This document shows positions 58,398-64,000 of a stretch of 64,000 nt of DNA, one piece after another (the stretch's first letter is position 1; each line of letters opens with the position of its first letter). The position numbers and the translations under genes were made by a program. Under the pieces are notes generated by a model. The model searched no databases. It was given only the letters and a program-made list of their open reading frames with translations, and was not told the DNA's origin. The stretch comes from a virus: positions 1 through 64,000 of the IMG/VR virus record IMGVR_UViG_3300021420_000021; one strand, written 5' to 3'.

Positions 58398-58837
58398 AAA
58401 TATATTTAGCCGCAGCGTGGTCAAGACGCGAAGAGATTTCTCGTGTTGCGGACCGTCTTCGCACTGTTGGTATTGAGATAACGTCGAATTGGCTGACTGA
58501 AGAGACAGCATTACAAACGGTCGCGAAAGAAAAGTTTCTTCGGGATCGAGCGTATATTGATTTGGCCGATGTAGATCGGGCCGATGCGCTAGTTCGGTTT
58601 ACTGATCCAGAAGCAATCACAATAAGTGCTGAAGCTATTCCACGGTGTTTGCTTTCTGGTGCTCGAATGGTCGAAATGGGCTATGCTTTGGCGAAAGGTA
58701 AGACAGTTTACGTCGTTGGTGGCAAACAGAACGTATTCGATAGAATTGGTTCGATTATACATGTACAAGATACCGATGCGCTAGTGAAATTGTTATCTCA
58801 GGAGGATCATGAACGAAGTTCAAGCGCCGAAGTCTAA
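58394..58837 (+). CDS. Nucleoside 2-deoxyribosyltransferase / nucleotide N-hydrolase-like protein
   Basis: KIYLAA, DLADVDRAD, VEMGYALAKGK. Confidence 0.8.
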   Translation: MKIYLAAAWSRREEISRVADRLRTVGIEITSNWLTEETALQTVAKEKFLRDRAYIDLADVDRADALVRFTDPEAITISAEAIPRCLLSGARMVEMGYALAKGKTVYVVGGKQNVFDRIGSIIHVQDTDALVKLLSQEDHERSSSAEV

Positions 58838-59354
58838 AGCACTCGGGTCAAATCCTAAAGATTTACTCGGGTCAAAGAAAGCAGATGCGACAAAAGTTCC
58901 TGCAATCGCAATTGCTTGGGAATCTTTGGCAATGATGGACGGCGCAGGGAAGTACGATCCTTATAATTGGCGTGCGAATAAAGTAGTCGCGTCGATTTAC
59001 ATCGCCGCAGCAAAACGTCATCTTGATGCGTGGTTTGAAGGTGAAGAAGAAGCAGAAGATTCTGGTTGTCATCATCTCGGTCATGCGCGAGCGTGTCTCG
59101 GTATTCTTTTAGATGCCCAAGAAACGGGTAATCTTCTTGATGATCGACCAGTAACAGAAACTTCAAAAGGCGTTCTTAGTCGGGTTATGAATAAGATCGC
59201 GTCGAAAATCCCTGCGATGCAAGAGAGACACAGAAAGTTTCATGAAAATAAGAAACCGCAATGTGTTTCATTTGATGGCGGCTGTGACGGCGATTTAATT
59301 GGCTTAGAACACGAATTGCACTGCCCCGCATTGAGCGAATCTGAGCGAATCTGA
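58809..59354 (+). CDS. dATP/dGTP diphosphohydrolase-domain protein (DUF5664-like)
   Basis: NPKD...K...GAGKYDPYNWR...RHL.AW..GE...SGCHHLGHA...DDRP. Confidence 0.85.
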   Translation: MNEVQAPKSKALGSNPKDLLGSKKADATKVPAIAIAWESLAMMDGAGKYDPYNWRANKVVASIYIAAAKRHLDAWFEGEEEAEDSGCHHLGHARACLGILLDAQETGNLLDDRPVTETSKGVLSRVMNKIASKIPAMQERHRKFHENKKPQCVSFDGGCDGDLIGLEHELHCPALSESERI

Positions 59355-59370
59355 ACGAATCTGAACGAAC
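59331..59370 (+). repeat. 10-bp tandem repeat x4
   Basis: ttgagcgaat ctgagcgaat ctgaacgaat ctgaacgaac. Confidence 0.85.
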
Positions 59371-59652
59371 ATATGTAGACGATATTCCGTTTTAACATCG
59401 GGCAAGTAGCTTATGGCTACTCTTCCCGCAGACGCCCATCGGAAGGCCAACGCCTGACTTCGCGCTGTCTTAGCCCATTTACAGGATGGGACTACTTGGG
59501 CTTAATTAACCGAAAGGATTTATGAACAAGCAAGAGCCAAAGTCTGAATTGGCTAAAGATTATCCTTGTATATTTAATAACTACTTCAGTCAAGATAAAA
59601 AACCCTCGCCGCCACTCGGACACGAAATTCCCAAAGATAGACAGGACGAACT

Positions 59653-60030
59653 ATGTTGCTAATCGCTACTTATACAACTTATGAAATGTTAAAGTATTGG
59701 TTACCCTTGATTTCTGCGGGCGGTATTGTCATTAAAGCGTACTTGACAGCGAAGAAAAACATTAGTGAGTATACGAATGCGTTGCTTCACAATCATATGG
59801 CAGGCATTGAAGCAGCGGCCAAGAGTACTGAAATTGAGACTAAAAAGACAAATGAGTTATTGAAATCTTCGGGCGATCATTATCAAACTGTCGTAACTAA
59901 ACTCGATACAGTATTCGAGAATATGAATCAGCATCAAGAAAAGCAAATGCAAGTTTGGACTGGAGTTGCAAATACTTTGGCAATTCTTGAGGATCGTTCG
60001 CGAGTTTCACGCCGCGCAAGGAAGAAATAA
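59653..60030 (+). CDS. Membrane-anchored coiled-coil protein (holin-like)
   Basis: N-terminal TM, basic C-terminus. Confidence 0.55.
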   Translation: MLLIATYTTYEMLKYWLPLISAGGIVIKAYLTAKKNISEYTNALLHNHMAGIEAAAKSTEIETKKTNELLKSSGDHYQTVVTKLDTVFENMNQHQEKQMQVWTGVANTLAILEDRSRVSRRARKK

Positions 60031-60317
60031 TGCAGACATCAAAAGTCAGTATCGATGATAATCAAGATAAAGTTGCAACAACGCTTCTCGGAATGCGAAC
60101 TTCCGAACATGACACGATTCAGTCGCGAACTACAGGCCGAATGCACGAAATCGCGATTACGCCAGTTGGCGGCGGACTTGTGCCTAAGAATCCATTCGCG
60201 AGCGCTGCTCAAAGAAGTTATATGCACGCAAATCCAGAAGTTCTCGGTAAAAAAGGTTTAGCCGAATGGGACGCGGCGAGCAAAGGTCAGAAAGTACCTT
60301 ACAAAGTAAAGAAGTAG
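60030..60317 (+). CDS. Conserved small phage protein (PFxSxAQR motif)
   Basis: PFASAAQRSYMHAN...EWD. Confidence 0.6.
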   Translation: MQTSKVSIDDNQDKVATTLLGMRTSEHDTIQSRTTGRMHEIAITPVGGGLVPKNPFASAAQRSYMHANPEVLGKKGLAEWDAASKGQKVPYKVKK

Positions 60318-60401
60318 TTTTGCACCGCTGAACAAGGGATTCCTTCGGGAAGCAGCGATGAGTGCGTGATGCCTTGCTTGGGCGCATTCTAGGATAATTC
60401 G

Positions 60402-60830
60402 ATGTTTAAGTTTTTCCGGCGTACTTGTCTTTATATTCTTATAATTCCTGTTTTATTCACTTTTCTCGGCGCATTGAGTAATCAAATCGTATTACAAGCG
60501 AATCACGACACTTTTCCTGTAATGATCAGCAACGCAAAATTATTTGAACATAAACACGCATTGGCGAAAATTGCTGAATCGGATTCAGACGCCGATGCTG
60601 TTGAAAAAGCGACATTACGATTAGTCGAACTTGATCATGGATTTCTCGATGATACTCATATTGTTATGACCGACAAGACGCATTTCAATTTTTTAGCCGA
60701 CGTATTTGATTTCCGGCATGAAGGAATTGAAAGCATTGGCGATTTATTACTCAAACTTGGCGAATTTACTTGGACTTACGTGCCGTTTATTTTCGTCTTT
60801 GCTGTGATCGGTAAATTGAAGAATCTATAA
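60402..60830 (+). CDS. Membrane protein (DUF5317-like)
   Basis: GALSN.IV..AN...PV...LADVF...SIGDLL. Confidence 0.55.
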   Translation: MFKFFRRTCLYILIIPVLFTFLGALSNQIVLQANHDTFPVMISNAKLFEHKHALAKIAESDSDADAVEKATLRLVELDHGFLDDTHIVMTDKTHFNFLADVFDFRHEGIESIGDLLLKLGEFTWTYVPFIFVFAVIGKLKNL

Positions 60831-60836
60831 GGCTGT

Positions 60837-61133
60837 ATGGCAAATATTTCTAATATTAAAAAAGTTCCGGTTTCAATTCAAGGTAATCCGAGCGGTTCTG
60901 TAGTGCCGATTACGATTTTATGGCAATCGCCATTTTTTGATACGAATTATGCCATTAGCATAACTCTCGAAAATACATCCGATTTATCTGAATTGACGTT
61001 AGGTACGGGATATCTATACTTTAAAAATATGATTAACGTTACTCCAGCGGGTTGTACTGTTCTGCTTGGCGCGTATTCACCGACTTCAGCGGTTCTTACC
61101 GGAGTGGTTCACGCAATCGCTTCACATCAATAA
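60837..61133 (+). CDS. Small beta-rich protein (tail-fibre tip / H-lectin-like)
   Basis: ITILWQSPFFDTNYAISIT...VHAIA. Confidence 0.5.
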   Translation: MANISNIKKVPVSIQGNPSGSVVPITILWQSPFFDTNYAISITLENTSDLSELTLGTGYLYFKNMINVTPAGCTVLLGAYSPTSAVLTGVVHAIASHQ

Positions 61134-61154
61134 TATTTAAATTTAGGAGGATTT

Positions 61155-61880
61155 ATGGCCGATATTACAGTCCCGCAAGAAATACTTACACAATTACATT
61201 CAGACTTTACTTCGTTGGCAACTAAACACGCGACAACTTCTTTTGCCGCTCTCGGTGTTCTTGTTATCGTTCTTATTCTTGCCGGACTTGGCGGCTGGAT
61301 CGGTTTGCGTGAATACGACGCTCAATTAGCCAAAGCGCAAGTCACCGAACAGAAGTACGAAGCGGCTCAAAAGACGCTGACTGATCTGTTGGCGTCTGAC
61401 GCCAAAGAACGGGCGCAATTACAAGCGCAGCAGCAAAGTTTAGTCAATCAAATCGCTAAAAGAGATAAAACCCCGCCTGCGCCAGCCGTAACAGCAGCTT
61501 TACAGCCAAATGCGACTGCTGAAACCGCTGCAAACGCGCTAGGGCTTGTTTTTAGCCTTTCCCCCTATCCGAGTGCCACTATAGACAATAAAATCGCTCT
61601 GAGTGTCCCTAATGCGCAAGAATTGATATCTGATGGGGTTGAACTTAATAAGCTTCGGCCCGATTTAACGGATACGAAGATGTTGTATGGGTTAGAACAA
61701 CAAAAAAGTGCCAGTCTAAATAAAGACATTGTACAGTGTACTGATACGTTAAAAGATGCTCAAAAATCTATCGCTGCGTATAAGAAGATTGCTACACGAA
61801 GTCGTTGGAAAAAGTTTCTCGATGGCGCAGAAAAAGTAGGACTTGTAATTGCCGGAGCAGCGATAGGCCATGTAGTTTAG
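61155..61880 (+). CDS. Spanin-like (i-spanin) membrane-anchored coiled-coil protein
   Basis: N-terminal TM plus long coiled coil, next to the lysin candidate. Confidence 0.55.
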   Translation: MADITVPQEILTQLHSDFTSLATKHATTSFAALGVLVIVLILAGLGGWIGLREYDAQLAKAQVTEQKYEAAQKTLTDLLASDAKERAQLQAQQQSLVNQIAKRDKTPPAPAVTAALQPNATAETAANALGLVFSLSPYPSATIDNKIALSVPNAQELISDGVELNKLRPDLTDTKMLYGLEQQKSASLNKDIVQCTDTLKDAQKSIAAYKKIATRSRWKKFLDGAEKVGLVIAGAAIGHVV

Positions 61881-61887
61881 GAGATTT

Positions 61888-62280
61888 ATGTGGAAGTTTG
61901 AATCAAGTACGGGCCGATTATTCGATCCGAATCAGACGCACATCGCGTCCGGATACGCCGGGGGCGATAAGGGGCTACACAAAGAAGGAATTAACAACCC
62001 TAAATTTCAGTCCGTACACAATATCGGGCCTTTGCCCGAGGGAATTTACACAATGGGAACTCCGGTCGAAGGGAGTCATCTCGGGCCGCTTGCAATACCC
62101 TTAATACCTGATGTAAGCAATGAAATGTTTGGACGCAGCGGTTTTTTCATACATGGCGATCACATTGGCGCTCCGGGAACAGCGTCTGACGGATGTATGA
62201 TTTTCGCGCACGATATTCGGACTTTGTTGAGTCAATCGCAAGATAGACAAATTCAAGTTGTCGCGGTAATAGGATCGTAA
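61888..62280 (+). CDS. Tlde1/DUF2778 L,D-transpeptidase-fold protein, candidate endolysin
   Basis: GYAG...GPLPEGIY...GRSGFFIHGD...ASDGC. Confidence 0.8.
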   Translation: MWKFESSTGRLFDPNQTHIASGYAGGDKGLHKEGINNPKFQSVHNIGPLPEGIYTMGTPVEGSHLGPLAIPLIPDVSNEMFGRSGFFIHGDHIGAPGTASDGCMIFAHDIRTLLSQSQDRQIQVVAVIGS

Positions 62281-62597
62281 TGCTGGTAATCTTGATTGTA
62301 AATATTTTATGTCTTATCGGTTCTTTATGCGCAGCTTATCACGCTTATAAACAAGCAAATGACGCTCATACGTATTGTGACGGCGCACACGAATCTACTA
62401 TGGCCGCAGGAGGATTTATGAATCGCGCCGAAGCAGCGTCTTTGATTGCTAAAATAAGTTCTAGTAAAGCAGAAGAACACGCTGCGAAAGCGCAAATCTT
62501 TTCGCCTACTCATGAAATGTGTTCTACATGTAAATCTCAAGTCGCCCGATTTGAGAAATCAGAAGACGGTTCGGTTAAATGTTTTAACTGCAAGTAA
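62280..62597 (+). CDS. Membrane-anchored protein with C-terminal CxxC...CxxC
   Basis: ORF track; coupled. Confidence 0.6.
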   Translation: MLVILIVNILCLIGSLCAAYHAYKQANDAHTYCDGAHESTMAAGGFMNRAEAASLIAKISSSKAEEHAAKAQIFSPTHEMCSTCKSQVARFEKSEDGSVKCFNCK

Positions 62598-62686
62598 TTC
62601 GCCCAATTAGTCCGATTCACAAATCAGTTATGTTAACGCTTGTTTGGAAAGTCCTAGAACGCGTTTAGGAAAACTAGGAGCTAAAT

Positions 62687-64000
62687 ATGGCAGTATCAAA
62701 CGTAGGCGGACCCGGAAATCAAGACGGTAGTCCGATTCGAATGACAGGAGAACAAATCGGAGGAAAAGGCCCGGACGGAAATTTTCATATTTTTTCAACC
62801 GATGTTTTTGGCGCGTTAAACGTCAATACGTCCGGAGGAGGCGGGAGTTCTAGCGTTAACCTTGTAATGGTCGGCGGCGCGGCTATCGCGCTCGGCCAGA
62901 CAACAATGGCTGCGTCTTTGCCCACAACAATTGCATCTAATCAATCTGCAATTCCTGTTTCCGGAACTGTGACTTCAAATCAAGGGACTGCGAACACGAT
63001 TGCGAATTCATGGCCTGTCGAAATTACGAACGGCACGGTTGTTCTAGGAACGCCAAGTAACCCTTTAAGAATTGATCCTACAGGCACGACTGTTCAACCT
63101 GTATCTGGCACTGTTGCCTTATCGGGCACTTCAGCATTTAATTTAACCCAATGGGCCGGAACTGTTTTAGGAACACCAACAAATTATGGAACTTCTCCCG
63201 GAGCAGTTATCGCGGGATCAGTTAATGCTTTCGTTACAAATACCGTTGCGACTACTTTAGCATCTACAACGATTACCGGAACTGTCGCTGTAACTCAATC
63301 GACTTCACCTTGGGTCGATAATTTGACTCAAGTCGCTGGAATCGTTCTTGGCGCGACTGCCGTTACTGCCTTCGGAACTGCGCCTGCGGCTGCAAACGTT
63401 CCGGGCGTCAATTCGTCTTTATTCTCCGGCACGACCGCGCTTACGAATACTGCCGGAGCATTAAACGTCAGTATTACAAGTTCCGCGACTGCTCAAACAG
63501 TCGAAGGCGATGAAACTAATAATGCCGCCGCTCCTGAAGCTGCCGCTGCGCTTGAAGTTCTGCCTGCTATTGCTAACGCCGCATCTCCAGCATGGACTGA
63601 AGGATTTAACGTTCTTGAGTCAGTCGATCTTTCAGGAAGACAGCGCATTCGTGGGACTTTGACTCCGAATACCGCTGCGCCTAGCTCCGATGGTCAAATG
63701 GCACTTACGACTATTGCTAATGCTGTCGCGCCCACATACATAGAAGGAGATTTAGTACTCGCGTCCGTTGACCTTAGTGGCGCAACTCGCATTATAGGGA
63801 CGCGAACGAGTAATAGCGCTGCTCCGACTTTTGAAGTAAACGTACAGCCTGCTTTAGCGAATGCCGCTTCACCTACATGGACTGAAGGAAATCAAGTCCT
63901 TGAGTCTGTTGATTTAACGGGCCGTCAACGCATTCGTGGTACGCTTACTAATAATAACGCCGCCCCGACTGCTGATTTAATAGAAAACATGCCTGCTATT
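62687..64000 (+). CDS. Large beta-repeat tail-fibre/surface protein (partial, runs off window end)
   Basis: Manual translation MAVSNVGGPGNQDG...LRIDPTGTTVQPVSG..., open to the end; AGGAG SD; ~49-aa repeats. Confidence 0.75.
   Translation, partial: MAVSNVGGPGNQDGSPIRMTGEQIGGKGPDGNFHIFSTDVFGALNVNTSGGGGSSSVNLVMVGGAAIALGQTTMAASLPTTIASNQSAIPVSGTVTSNQGTANTIANSWPVEITNGTVVLGTPSNPLRIDPTGTTVQPVSGTVALSGTSAFNLTQWAGTVLGTPTNYGTSPGAVIAGSVNAFVTNTVATTLASTTITGTVAVTQSTSPWVDNLTQVAGIVLGATAVTAFGTAPAAANVPGVNSSLFSGTTALTNTAGALNVSITSSATAQTVEGDETNNAAAPEAAAALEVLPAIANAASPAWTEGFNVLESVDLSGRQRIRGTLTPNTAAPSSDGQMALTTIANAVAPTYIEGDLVLASVDLSGATRIIGTRTSNSAAPTFEVNVQPALANAASPTWTEGNQVLESVDLTGRQRIRGTLTNNNAAPTADLIENMPAI

Noticed and set aside
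58809-59354. Complete 2-aminoadenine (dZ) DNA system
   Set aside because: No purZ or datZ is recognisable in the window; a DUF5664-like gene alone is insufficient.

Overview
This window is part of a tailed dsDNA bacteriophage genome with podovirus-like morphogenesis genes (no tape measure gene; tail adaptor/nozzle and three ejection proteins). Positions 1 to ~13.4 kb are mostly on the minus strand: small early genes, a minimal tyrosine recombinase, a DenV-like glycosylase, a permuted tmRNA, family A DNA polymerase, an AEP primase and an SSB-like gene. Positions ~13.5 to 64 kb are on the plus strand: glycosyltransferases, terminase, portal, scaffold, an intron-split major capsid gene, decoration proteins, tail, ejection proteins, nucleotide enzymes and lysis genes. 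Highlights: (1) two related DUF3494 ice-binding-like domains inserted into a capsid decoration protein and into the giant tail protein, suggesting an ice-binding virion; (2) a circularly permuted two-piece tmRNA with an atypical tag ending -AGA; (3) a group I intron in the capsid gene whose catalytic core also encodes the LAGLIDADG linker and a sigma70 promoter, and which appears to end in A rather than G; (4) the same SD-sequestering pseudoknot architecture upstream of three unrelated free-standing endonuclease genes. All family assignments come from motif recognition by eye; no database search was run.
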